Source: Armatimonadota bacterium
GTDB lineage: Bacteria > Armatimonadota > HRBIN16
DNA: 64,000 nucleotides
NCBI GenBank assembly: GCA_026003175.1
Contig: BPGT01000001.1
Coordinates: 408,839 to 472,838 of the forward strand
Direction of reading: 5' to 3'
Below the pieces are notes generated by a model. It was not told the origin of the DNA. It made no database searches and was given only the letters and a program-made list of their open reading frames with translations. Both the position numbers and the translations under genes were made by a program. Each line of letters begins with the position of its first letter. The first letter of the stretch is position 1. This document shows positions 1 to 9,107 of the stretch, in pieces.

Positions 1-2
1 TG

Positions 3-173
3 CAGACCAACCGCGGCCGGCGCGTGTATCAGGTGCGTCACCTGCGCGATAACGTGCAGGAGGTGACCCCCACGCGCCTGATTATCACCGACATGGACGG
101 CAACCGCTTCGAAATCCCCGATACGACCAAGCTGGATTCTCGCAGTATGGCGATTATCGCACGGGCGTTATGA
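3..173 (+). CDS. DUF1854-like protein, C-terminal part (5' truncated by window edge)
   Basis: Frame 3 reads QTNRGRRVYQV...LIITDMDGNRFEIPDTTKLDSRS...AL*. The stop overlaps the comF ATG (ATGA). Not in the ORF track. Confidence 0.65.
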   Translation, partial: QTNRGRRVYQVRHLRDNVQEVTPTRLIITDMDGNRFEIPDTTKLDSRSMAIIARAL

Positions 174-886
174 GATGGGCGCGGATAATTTGGGAAGAGA
201 TTCTGGACGCGCTGTACCCGCCGCGTTGTGCCGCCTGTGCATTGGTAGGGTGCGACGGCTGGTGCGACGAGTGCGCCGATAGCATCGCCTATATCTCCCT
301 GCCTGTCTGCGCTCGATGTGGCACGCCGGTTGACCCCGAAGGCTTCTGTTCCTCCTGTCCGGTGCATTCTCTGGTGCCCGAAGTGGTTCGCACAGTTGCA
401 CGCTACGATGGCGTGATACGGTCGGCGATTCACCGCTTCAAGTATGGGAATCGTGCCTCGCTGGCTCCCGCGCTAGCGCGGTTGCTGATACAGACTTGGC
501 AAACTCCGCTCACCGAGCCACTACGCGCGGCGGATGTGGTTGTTCCTGTGCCCATTCACCGACAACGCGAGCGGGAGCGTGGTTTCAATCAGAGTGCACT
601 ACTTGCCAGAGAGTTCTGCCGCAGCACAGGGCTGCCTTTGTTGCAAGATGTGCTGGAGCGCACGGTGTATCGCCAGCCGCAGGTGGGGTTGGATGCAGCA
701 GAACGGCGTGAAAACGTGAAGGATGCCTTTCGTGTGACACAACCGCAGGCAGTGGCGGGCAAGAGCGTACTGCTGATCGACGACGTGTGGACAACGGGCA
801 GTACGCTCAACGAGGCAGCGCGGGCGTTGCTAACAGCAGGCGCGGAAAGGGTGTTTGCCTACACGGTGGCGCATGAGCCGTTGTAG
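170..886 (+). CDS. comF: ComF family phosphoribosyltransferase-domain protein with N-terminal zinc ribbon
   Basis: LYPPRCAAC, several CxxC pairs, VPVP..H, RGFNQS, and PRPP motif LLIDDVWTTGST. Confidence 0.92.
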   Translation: MRWARIIWEEILDALYPPRCAACALVGCDGWCDECADSIAYISLPVCARCGTPVDPEGFCSSCPVHSLVPEVVRTVARYDGVIRSAIHRFKYGNRASLAPALARLLIQTWQTPLTEPLRAADVVVPVPIHRQRERERGFNQSALLAREFCRSTGLPLLQDVLERTVYRQPQVGLDAAERRENVKDAFRVTQPQAVAGKSVLLIDDVWTTGSTLNEAARALLTAGAERVFAYTVAHEPL

Positions 887-897
887 CATGGGCACCC

Positions 898-927
898 TTG
901 CAAAGCCCCACTCCCTCACGTTATACT
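898..927 (+). promoter_or_regulatory. putative sigma70 promoter of leuS
   Basis: TTGCAA-N18-TATACT about 40 nt upstream of the ATG at 965. Confidence 0.45.
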
Positions 928-964
928 GATACTACTGCAACCGTTCGGAAGGGGGTTGGCACGC

Positions 965-3472
965 ATGGAGGAAAGATATCAACCGCAACAGATAGAACAA
1001 AAATGGCAGAAACGCTGGCAGGAAGCACAGCTATTTCGCGCGGAGGACTTCAGCCCGAAGCCCAAACTGTACGCACTGGACTTTTTCCCCTATCCTTCGG
1101 GTGACGGGCTGTCGGTCGGGCACTGTCGCAACTATATCCCCACCGATGCCTTCTGCCGCTATAAGCATATGAAGGGCTTTAACGTGTTGCACCCGATGGG
1201 GTGGGATGCGTTCGGTCTGCCCGCTGAGAACGAAGCCATCCGCAAACGCTCGCATCCCAGCAAGACGGTGCCGCGTTACATCGCCAACTACAAGCGGCAG
1301 ATGAACATGATAGGTATCTCCTACGACTGGAGCCGTGAGATTAACTCCAGCTCGCCGGATTATTATAAATGGACACAATGGTTCTTCCTGCTGCTGTACA
1401 AGCGCGGGCTGGCGTACCGCTCCACTGCCCCCGCCAACTGGTGCCCATCCTGTAAAACGGTGCTGGCGAACGAAGAGGTAGAAGGCGGTGCGTGCTGGCG
1501 GTGCGGCAGCATCGTGGAGAAGCGTGACCTACCCCAGTGGTTCTTCAAAATTACCGACTACGCGGAGCGACTGCTGAACGACCTGGAGCTCATTAACTGG
1601 CCCGAAGGCATCAAGATGATGCAGCGCAACTGGATTGGGCGTAGCGAGGGCGTGGAGTTCCAGATGCAGGTCGCCGATGCCGAAGGCAGACCGTCGGACA
1701 AATCCTTCTGGGTGTTCACCACGCGCGTGGATACTACCTTCGGCATGTCGTTTGCGGTGCTGGCGCCCGAGCATCCTCTGGTGCGTGAGATTACCACCCC
1801 CGACCGACGCGAGGAAGTAGAAGCGTATATCGCCCGCAGCCAGCGTGAGACGGAGATTGAACGCCTCTCCACCGAGCGTGTGCGCGATGGCGTGTTCACC
1901 GGCGCATACGCCATCAACCCCGTTAACGGACAGCTGGTACCCATTTTCATCGCCGACTACGTGTTGATGGGCTACGGCACAGGCGCGATTATGGCAGTGC
2001 CCGCGCATGACGAGCGCGACTTCGACTTCGCCAAGCGCTACGGACTGCCCATCCCTGTAGTGATTGCTCCTCCCGGCTGGAACGGCGAACCGCTGGAGCA
2101 GGCATACACCGGCGAAGGCACAATGGTCAACAGCGGAGAGTTTAGCGGACTGCCCAGCGAAGAGGGCAAACAGCGTATCGCCGACTGGATGGAGGCGCAG
2201 GGTATCGGCAAACGACGCGTGAACTACCGCCTGCGCGACTGGCTCATCAGCCGACAGCGATACTGGGGTGCGCCCATCCCCATCATCCACTGCCCCAAGT
2301 GCGGGCAAGTGCCTGTTCCTGATGACCAGCTGCCCGTACTGTTGCCTGACGTGGAGCACTACGAGCCGACAGGCACGGGCAAATCGCCTCTGGCAAACAT
2401 CCCGGAGTTTGTGAACACCACCTGCCCGCAATGCGGAAGCGCCGCCGAGCGCGAGACCGACACGATGGGCGGTTTCGCCTGTTCCTCGTGGTACTTCCTG
2501 CGCTTCGCCAGCCCGCACGAAACCGAACGCCCCTTCAATCCCGACGCGGTGCGCTACTGGCTACCTGTTGATGTGTACGTCGGTGGAGCGGAGCACGCGG
2601 TGATGCATCTGCTGTACGCCCGCTTCTGGGTAAAGGTGATGTACGACGCGGGGCTGGTGCACTTCGTGGAGCCGTTCCTCACCCTGCGCAACCAGGGCAT
2701 GGTGCTGGCTCCTGACCCCGATAACCCCAGCGTGATGGTGAAGATGTCCAAATCTAAAGGCAACGTGGTCACGCCCGACTCGGTGGTAGAGCAACACGGC
2801 GCGGACACCCTGCGCCTGTACGAGCTGTTCGTCGCCCCCTTTGATCAGGCGATTGAATGGCGTGAGGAGGGCGTGAGCGGAGCTAACCGCTTCCTGCACC
2901 GCGTGTGGCGACTGGTGCTGGAAACCATCCCGCACTATCATCGCGACTGGAAAGAGAAGCTGCAGGGAGCAGAACTGACCGCCGATGAGCGCAAACTGCG
3001 CCGCAAGACACACCAGACTATCAGGAAGGTGGGCGAGGACATCGAGGACTTCCGCTTCAACACCGCCGTCGCGGCGATTATGGAATGGGTGAACCTGATG
3101 TACGACCTGAAGGACGCACTCATCGCGTCGCCCGCTTTCAGCGAGGCGATACATTCGCTGATACTGGTGCTGGCGCCGTTCACCCCGCATATCGCCGACG
3201 AGCTGTGGGAGAGGCTGGGCTACGAAGGCTTCACCTACAACCAGCCCTATCCTGAGTACGACGAAGCAGTCGCCGCGGCGGAGGAGCTGAACATCGTCGT
3301 GCAGGTGAACGGCAAACTGCGCGACGTGCTGGTGGTTCCGGTAGACACCCCTCAGGAGGAGCTGGAGCGACTGGCGCTGGCAAGCCCCAAAGTGCAACAG
3401 TTCACCAATGGCAAGAAGGTGAAGAAGGTCATCATCGTGCCGAACAAGCTGGTGAACGTGGTGGTGGGATAA
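965..3472 (+). CDS. leuS: leucine--tRNA ligase
   Basis: FPYPSG, HPMGWDAFGLPAEN, editing-domain YGTGAIMAVPAHDERD, DWLISRQRYWG, KMSKS. ATG 965 chosen; TTG 956 is an alternative. Confidence 0.99.
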   Translation: MEERYQPQQIEQKWQKRWQEAQLFRAEDFSPKPKLYALDFFPYPSGDGLSVGHCRNYIPTDAFCRYKHMKGFNVLHPMGWDAFGLPAENEAIRKRSHPSKTVPRYIANYKRQMNMIGISYDWSREINSSSPDYYKWTQWFFLLLYKRGLAYRSTAPANWCPSCKTVLANEEVEGGACWRCGSIVEKRDLPQWFFKITDYAERLLNDLELINWPEGIKMMQRNWIGRSEGVEFQMQVADAEGRPSDKSFWVFTTRVDTTFGMSFAVLAPEHPLVREITTPDRREEVEAYIARSQRETEIERLSTERVRDGVFTGAYAINPVNGQLVPIFIADYVLMGYGTGAIMAVPAHDERDFDFAKRYGLPIPVVIAPPGWNGEPLEQAYTGEGTMVNSGEFSGLPSEEGKQRIADWMEAQGIGKRRVNYRLRDWLISRQRYWGAPIPIIHCPKCGQVPVPDDQLPVLLPDVEHYEPTGTGKSPLANIPEFVNTTCPQCGSAAERETDTMGGFACSSWYFLRFASPHETERPFNPDAVRYWLPVDVYVGGAEHAVMHLLYARFWVKVMYDAGLVHFVEPFLTLRNQGMVLAPDPDNPSVMVKMSKSKGNVVTPDSVVEQHGADTLRLYELFVAPFDQAIEWREEGVSGANRFLHRVWRLVLETIPHYHRDWKEKLQGAELTADERKLRRKTHQTIRKVGEDIEDFRFNTAVAAIMEWVNLMYDLKDALIASPAFSEAIHSLILVLAPFTPHIADELWERLGYEGFTYNQPYPEYDEAVAAAEELNIVVQVNGKLRDVLVVPVDTPQEELERLALASPKVQQFTNGKKVKKVIIVPNKLVNVVVG

Positions 3473-3667
3473 GGGCGGTGGGAGCACACGGCAGTAGAGC
3501 GACTGCCCGGGAAGGAGATGAGGCGGATTCGGGCGGTCAGGCGAGGGCAGGGAACGTCAAGAAGTATCCCGGAGATTCTTCGCTGCGCTCAGGATAGTCC
3601 GTCAAACTTCCATATTGTAAACACAGTATTTCTGCGCGTGTCCCATGTGTACTCGCGAGCCGCGAAG

Positions 3668-3739
3668 CCATCTCCTGCGAGGAGAGGGGCGATCGCGGTC
3701 TCCTTTCCCTCGCAGGGAAGGGGGGCAGGGGGTTAGGTT
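3668..3739. repeat. two-hairpin GC-rich intergenic repeat ending GGGGGTTAGGTT (family A)
   Basis: tctcctgcgaggagagggg...ttccctcgcagggaagggggg...gggggttaggtt. Near-identical to 11582-11661 and similar to the units at 9108-9350. Confidence 0.85.
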
Positions 3740-3787
3740 CAAACACCAACAGCTCGGCAGCAGCCTGATCCTCCACAGGGTGAGGGG

Positions 3788-4924
3788 TCACACTTTCACG
3801 TACCGCCGTATGTAGTTCCTATGCCGATACTCCGCCACCAGCTTGGGGTCTATCGGGTAGTTGCCGTATTTTCTCGCCGCTTCCACCATCGCCAAATAGT
3901 TTTCAGGCTTAACGGCGGGGTGGATAGAATTGCTCGACGCCAGGATGTGCCCCCCACCCGGTGAGGCTTTAGCGATGGTCTCCTTCACTGCCTCCTCTAC
4001 CTCCTCGCGTGCGCCCCGCGTCAGCACCACCGAACAGTCCACGTTGCCTATCACCGCGATGTGGTCGCCATAGCGCGCCTTTACCTCGCCGATGTCCATG
4101 CCCGCCAGCGGTTCGATGGGGTCAATGGCATCGATGCCCGCCTCCACCAGCATATCCATAATCGCCCAGATATTGCCGTCAGTATGCTTGATGTAAGGCA
4201 CGCCCATCTCGTGCGCGGCGTCGATACTGCGCTTCAGGTAGGGCAGGATGAACTCGCGGAAGTGCGCCGGGCTCATAATCAAGCCATGTGCGGTAGCGTA
4301 GTCATCACCCGATACCACAGCATCTGCCCCTTCGCGAATAGCGTGGCGCATCAGGCGGATCTTGTAATCGGTCACCATCTCTGCCAGCGTATGCGCCAGC
4401 TCGGGGTCATCTAGATAGTCCACCAGCAGGTTTTCCATGCCTCCACGCAGGTAGTGTGGAAATTCGAAGCCATCGTGTGTCAGGAAGACAATCGCTTTGC
4501 GCCCCTTGAACCGTTTGACCGCCTCGCGCAGGGATCTCAGTCGGTGAGGGGCATCGGGGTCGGGCGGCGTATAATGTTTCAGGTCTTCGCGTGAACGAAT
4601 GGGACCTTCAATCGGGTAGGGAATCCCGAACTCGGTGACTCCCCAGATGATGCCCCATTCGTCGCGCACAATTTGCTGTGTGCCTTCCACCAAGGTACGT
4701 CCTCGCCAGACAACCCCCGATTGCTGGGCGGAACCGAGCAACTGCATCTGCATGTCCTCGAAGATGGTGATGCCGTCCAGGTGGTCCATCTCGGCGAGTT
4801 CTTCCAGCGAACTGGCGCCCACCGCGGAAAGGGTCGGCTCGTTGACGATCAGTTCCCACAGGGGAACCTTGTCGGGTTCCCCATGGCGCAACAGAGCGGT
4901 CATGAAACGTTCGTAACCGGTCAT
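3788..4924 (-). CDS. uroporphyrinogen decarboxylase (URO-D/MtaA-CmuA superfamily) family protein
   Basis: DEWG, GDDYA, KHTDGN, IDPIEP, GNVD, GGHILASSNSIH. Confidence 0.88.
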   Translation of the reverse strand: MTGYERFMTALLRHGEPDKVPLWELIVNEPTLSAVGASSLEELAEMDHLDGITIFEDMQMQLLGSAQQSGVVWRGRTLVEGTQQIVRDEWGIIWGVTEFGIPYPIEGPIRSREDLKHYTPPDPDAPHRLRSLREAVKRFKGRKAIVFLTHDGFEFPHYLRGGMENLLVDYLDDPELAHTLAEMVTDYKIRLMRHAIREGADAVVSGDDYATAHGLIMSPAHFREFILPYLKRSIDAAHEMGVPYIKHTDGNIWAIMDMLVEAGIDAIDPIEPLAGMDIGEVKARYGDHIAVIGNVDCSVVLTRGAREEVEEAVKETIAKASPGGGHILASSNSIHPAVKPENYLAMVEAARKYGNYPIDPKLVAEYRHRNYIRRYVKV

Positions 4925-5454
4925 TGTACTCTCCTCAGCCGTTCCTCGTGAATCAGGTCCTCCAGCGGGCGGCGCGGGCGAGATGCGGGATGTTCCGCAG
5001 GATAGGCGATAGGCAGTATCGCCGCCGGCTGTAACGGTGGCTCCGCACCGATAATCCTCGCGACCGCTTCGTCGTCGAATGCGCCTATCCAGCAGCTGCT
5101 CAACCCCAGCGCAGTAGCCGCAAGATGGGCAATCGTGCAGGCGATGGTGGCGTCCTGCATACAGTAGAGATGCTCTCCCCGCCTGCCGTAGGTGCTACTG
5201 TTGCGCAACGGATTGGCCACAAACACCAGCACCACCGGTGCATCTTCGATGAAAGTCTGGTCGTGCGAGGCACGGGCGAGCTGGCGGATGTGCTCGCGGT
5301 CGCGCACCAGCACCACCTCGTACGCCTGCAGATTGCCCGCCGAGGGCGCGCTATTGATTGCCTCCAGTATCTGTTTTAGCTTCTCTTCCTCAATCGGTTT
5401 ACGCTCGTAGGCGCGTACAGAACGCCGTCGCTTCAAAACCTCAAAGAACTCCAT
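4921..5454 (-). CDS. nitroreductase family protein
   Basis: RRSVRAY, APSAGNLQ, LGLSSCWIGAFD. Start taken at MEFFEV, after GGAGG. Confidence 0.92.
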   Translation of the reverse strand: MEFFEVLKRRRSVRAYERKPIEEEKLKQILEAINSAPSAGNLQAYEVVLVRDREHIRQLARASHDQTFIEDAPVVLVFVANPLRNSSTYGRRGEHLYCMQDATIACTIAHLAATALGLSSCWIGAFDDEAVARIIGAEPPLQPAAILPIAYPAEHPASRPRRPLEDLIHEERLRRVQ

Positions 5455-5470
5455 GCCGATTCCTCCCTCC

Positions 5471-6640
5471 CTACACGTATCGTCCATGCTCTTTGCCTGT
5501 CTCGTACATCGTCCACAAGTTTTCCAGCGGTGTGCTTGGGGCGAGGTTGTTGCCCTCGCGCAGGATGAACTTGCCTCCCTCCATCACACCGCTTCGCAGG
5601 ATGCGAACGGTTTCTTCGCGCACCTGTTCCGGTGTACCATGATGAAGCAAAGGAACCGATGGACCGCCTAGCAGCTCTACCTCGGGTCCCAAATCCCGCC
5701 GTGCCTTGCCAAGGTCTATAGGAAAGCCGGTGTCGATACTGCGTACGTTCAGCCTGTCGCGCAGGAATACCAGATGCCTCTGCACGTCACCGCAGAGATG
5801 GATGCCTATCGGCTGAGAGGGGTCTTCCATCAATTCCTCCTTCAATCGTTGATGGAAGGGGAAGACCATCTGCTCGTACATGCGAGTACTCAACAGTTCG
5901 ATACTGTCATCGGCGAAGCCCCAGCCGTTGGGCGTTTTTTCGGGCTGCCCCAAATGACGGCGGTATGCCTTAATGCGCGTGATGATGGCGGTGGTGACGA
6001 AATCCAGTAACTGCAGGGCGTAATCGGGATCCTCAATCAAGTCCGCGGCAAACTGTGATGCCCCGCGCAGGTTGCAGCATATCGTCATCGGACCATCCGT
6101 GCCCAGGCCAGTTGGGCTGACCGAGGCGATGGGCTTACCGTACATCGTCCAGCCTTCGTCTTGCTTGCGCTTCATGTACTCATAAAACTCCCAATTGCGC
6201 GCCATCAGCCCGCCGGTGAACGGGTCGGGAATACCTTTGTCGAACAGCAGGTTCTTTCTGTCGCCGGTCAGAAGGGGTTTGACATCCGGTACCTGGTCGG
6301 AGGAATAGAAAATCTCGCATCCCAACCATGCGGATTCGTAGACGTTTTGAAAATCCACGTAAACACTCCAACCTTTCTCCGGGATGCCCATCTCGCTATC
6401 TTGAGGGATGTGGTGGCGCACCCAGTGGATGTGTTGTATCTGGTACTCCAGCATCACCTGCGGGTCGTTGAAGTACTGCTCAAAGGTGATGTTTCGTGGA
6501 TTCGCCTCAGGTATGCCCATAGTAAAACGCACGTTCAACCCCCAGATAATGGGAACACGAATCGGTTTTCCTGCTCGATACGCTTCCCAAACCTGCTGCA
6601 CTTCGGCATTGTGCACTTCGAAATCGATATATCTGGACAC
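5471..6640 (-). CDS. uroporphyrinogen decarboxylase family protein (divergent)
   Basis: GP...LRG, FADDS, IHLCGD, GGKFILREGNNLAP. GTG start at 6640 after GGAGG. Confidence 0.8.
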   Translation of the reverse strand: MSRYIDFEVHNAEVQQVWEAYRAGKPIRVPIIWGLNVRFTMGIPEANPRNITFEQYFNDPQVMLEYQIQHIHWVRHHIPQDSEMGIPEKGWSVYVDFQNVYESAWLGCEIFYSSDQVPDVKPLLTGDRKNLLFDKGIPDPFTGGLMARNWEFYEYMKRKQDEGWTMYGKPIASVSPTGLGTDGPMTICCNLRGASQFAADLIEDPDYALQLLDFVTTAIITRIKAYRRHLGQPEKTPNGWGFADDSIELLSTRMYEQMVFPFHQRLKEELMEDPSQPIGIHLCGDVQRHLVFLRDRLNVRSIDTGFPIDLGKARRDLGPEVELLGGPSVPLLHHGTPEQVREETVRILRSGVMEGGKFILREGNNLAPSTPLENLWTMYETGKEHGRYV

Positions 6641-6785
6641 AGCAACTACCTCCGCCAGCCAGCTTGAGGAACATTTCACAAAGTAGTAGTTAGATACTCT
6701 GCAGCCATTCGCCTGCATACCTTTTGGGAAAAGGTCAGGATAAGCAGCATGTCGTAAGTGAAATGCGGGTTTTTCATCCTCTCCC

Positions 6786-6811
6786 GTAACCTTCGGCGCG
6801 GGTATTGCGTC
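6786..6811 (+). promoter_or_regulatory. putative ECF-sigma promoter upstream of the ECF gene (autoregulation)
   Basis: GTAAC-N17-CGTC, matching the generic ECF AAC...CGT consensus. Confidence 0.5.
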
Positions 6812-6858
6812 TTATCTGTGCATAACATCCGCACAGCGCGGGAAGCGGGAGAGTATCG

Positions 6859-7479
6859 TTGGCAGGTCCAGGAGCGATAGCGTTGCCGCACTCATCCGGT
6901 ACGGTGAACTCAGCCGATGCCGACCGTCAGGCGATAGAACGATTTCTGGCGGGCGATGCCAGTGCGTTCGAGGAACTGTACCATCGGTACCAGCCTTATG
7001 TGTACAACGTGGTGAACGGCATCGTGCAAAACGCCGACGATGCGCGGGATGTCACGCAGGACGTGTTTCTGCACGTGTATGAATCGCTGTCGCGTTTTCG
7101 TGGTGGCTCCGCGTTTTCTACGTGGCTCTATCGGGTGGCGGTAAACGCTGCCATCACCCACGTACGCAAGGAGAGACGCCACCCGCAGATATCGCTGGAC
7201 GCGCTGCGCGAGTTTCGTGCTGACATCGACGCCGAGCCAGAGCAGCAGGCGACCCGCGCAGAAACACAGCAGGCAGTACAGCAAATGCTCGCCCAGCTCC
7301 CCGAACAGCAACGAGCAGTGCTGGTACTGCGCTATTTTCAAGAGCTGTCGTTGGAGGAGATAGCAGAGGTAATGAACTGTTCGGTGGCAGCCGTCAAGGT
7401 ACGTTTGCACCGCGCCCGTAACAGTTTCCGTCGTCTGTTCGAAAAGCGACACTCGCAAGAGGATGATGAGAACCGATGA
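6859..7479 (+). CDS. ECF RNA polymerase sigma-70 factor
   Basis: DARDVTQDVF, FSTWLYRVAVN, region 4 LSLEEIAEVMNCSVAAVKVRLHRAR. The true start may be TTG 6883. Confidence 0.95.
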   Translation: MAGPGAIALPHSSGTVNSADADRQAIERFLAGDASAFEELYHRYQPYVYNVVNGIVQNADDARDVTQDVFLHVYESLSRFRGGSAFSTWLYRVAVNAAITHVRKERRHPQISLDALREFRADIDAEPEQQATRAETQQAVQQMLAQLPEQQRAVLVLRYFQELSLEEIAEVMNCSVAAVKVRLHRARNSFRRLFEKRHSQEDDENR

Positions 7480-8321
7480 GATGCACACTGGTTCGCTGGT
7501 GGATGGAAGAATATATCGACGGCGCGTTGGACGGTAAGCGTGTGCAGTGGATTCAGGCACACTTGCAGCAGTGTCGCGCGTGCGCGCAGGAGCTGGCATG
7601 GCGCCGCTCTCTGCATGAGGCGTTGAAACCGGAACCGCTTACTGCACCACCCCCGCAGGAGATGTGGCAGGACTTTCAGCGCAGGCTCACACAGCGTCGC
7701 CGATCCGTACGACCGCTCCCATCCTCGTGGTGGCGATGGGGCACAGCGACAGCAGCTGTAGCGTGCGCGCTGGTATTGGGTATAGCGTGGTGGAGCGGAC
7801 GCGCTCCGGTTTTGGAGACAGCAGCGCCGCCGGAACCGTCGAACGGGAGGAACTTCGCTTTCGGTGAGCGACAGCACAACTCGCCTGCAGTAAGCGGGGC
7901 GGAGTCTATCGCTTCGTCTCCATCACCAGCGCGCTCGCCTGCTGTTCAACCGATACGCACAGCGAAAACGCCTTCGGTGAAACAGCCTGAGCCGTCGCCC
8001 CCGCTGGTGCGATTCACCACGCAACCCACAACGCAGCCAGCTGACGCAGCTCAACCGCCTGCGCCGCAGGTGTTCGCCAGCGTAGCATACGCGGAGGTGC
8101 GCAACGAGCAGGGCGAGCTGGTGAGCAGGGTGCTTTTGCAAACGACATACGATGAAAACGGTCAACCCAGAGCGGTGCAGATAGAGTGTGATACCCCTGC
8201 CGCAGTGGAGGTAGAGAGCAATGATGAACCGGTGGATAGTTTTGATAATCACGGTGATAATAGCAGCTCCGCTGGCAGCCCAGACCCGACAGCCGGTACC
8301 CGTCCGGGCTTACCAGATTGA
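7476..8321 (+). CDS. zf-HC2 anti-sigma factor with TM helix and Pro-rich extracytoplasmic tail
   Basis: YIDGAL...HLQQCRAC (HxxxCxxC), TM segment WGTATAAVACALVLGIAWW, ATGA coupling to the sigma gene. Confidence 0.88.
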   Translation: MRCTLVRWWMEEYIDGALDGKRVQWIQAHLQQCRACAQELAWRRSLHEALKPEPLTAPPPQEMWQDFQRRLTQRRRSVRPLPSSWWRWGTATAAVACALVLGIAWWSGRAPVLETAAPPEPSNGRNFAFGERQHNSPAVSGAESIASSPSPARSPAVQPIRTAKTPSVKQPEPSPPLVRFTTQPTTQPADAAQPPAPQVFASVAYAEVRNEQGELVSRVLLQTTYDENGQPRAVQIECDTPAAVEVESNDEPVDSFDNHGDNSSSAGSPDPTAGTRPGLPD

Positions 8322-9084
8322 AGCGGTCAATCGCGACGTGCGCGAGGTACTGGACGACCTGTTCCAGAAAGCAGGCAAGCAGTACGTCATAGAGCCGGGT
8401 GTGCAGGGCACCGTCTCTCTGCGTATCGCTACCAATTCGTTTGAAGAGGCACTGAACCGCGTGCTGCAAAGTGCAGGGTTGGTTTGCCAGGTGGAGCGGT
8501 CACAAGCCCCTCAGGGACGCCTTGTGGAAACTTATGTTGTCAGAGCGCGCCCGGTGGCGATTCCGCTGGCAACGCAGACTCCGGTAGAGGTTCTGTCACG
8601 GCCGGTGAATATGGTGGCGAGCACCAGACTGCGCAACGTGTTAGCCATGCTCTCTCAGCAAACGGGAGTGCCCATCGTGGCGGCGCGCGAGGTTCCCGAT
8701 TTAGAGGTAACACGACTGGTGTTGAACAACGTGACGCTGGGCTATGCGCTCAACGTAATTGCACAAGCCACCCAGACGCAGTACCAGTTCCAGCCAGATG
8801 GTTCCATCCTGCTGGTACCTGCGCCGCAGATACAGGTAAAAGGCGCGCCCGGCGCAACGGGAACACGACAGTTTGTAGACCCCATGATACAACGTGCTTT
8901 TCCCCTTGCCAGCCAGATACAGCCTGACCCCTCTGCGTCCATTACCACAAAGCGCATGGGGAAGCCGACGGTAGCACCGGTGTTGAAGTGTGTTTGCGGT
9001 GCGGAACTGCAGCCGCACTGGAACTACTGCCCGATGTGTGGTAGGAAGATTCCCAAGCCGCAGCCTGCACCGCCGAAGCGGTAA
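8221..9084 (+). CDS. secreted tandem STN/secretin-N-like domain protein with C-terminal zinc ribbon
   Basis: Signal peptide (..PLAA-Q). DVREVLDDLF..AGKQYVIEPGVQGTVSL..FEEALNRVL, a second similar repeat (LRNVLAMLSQQTGVPI), then CVCG..WNYCPMCG. No secretin barrel. Confidence 0.7.
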   Translation: MMNRWIVLIITVIIAAPLAAQTRQPVPVRAYQIEAVNRDVREVLDDLFQKAGKQYVIEPGVQGTVSLRIATNSFEEALNRVLQSAGLVCQVERSQAPQGRLVETYVVRARPVAIPLATQTPVEVLSRPVNMVASTRLRNVLAMLSQQTGVPIVAAREVPDLEVTRLVLNNVTLGYALNVIAQATQTQYQFQPDGSILLVPAPQIQVKGAPGATGTRQFVDPMIQRAFPLASQIQPDPSASITTKRMGKPTVAPVLKCVCGAELQPHWNYCPMCGRKIPKPQPAPPKR

Positions 9085-9107
9085 GTGGTGGCAGAGCATT
9101 AGAATAG

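Noticed and set aside
887..964. T-box leader for leuS
   Set aside because: The intergenic region is too short and has no T-box consensus.
1529..3487. Long antisense ORFs opposite leuS (and similar ones at 19232-20284, 49179-50294, 53521-54549, 56936-57883)
   Set aside because: These are shadow ORFs expected from GC-rich codon bias opposite well-supported genes, with no motifs.
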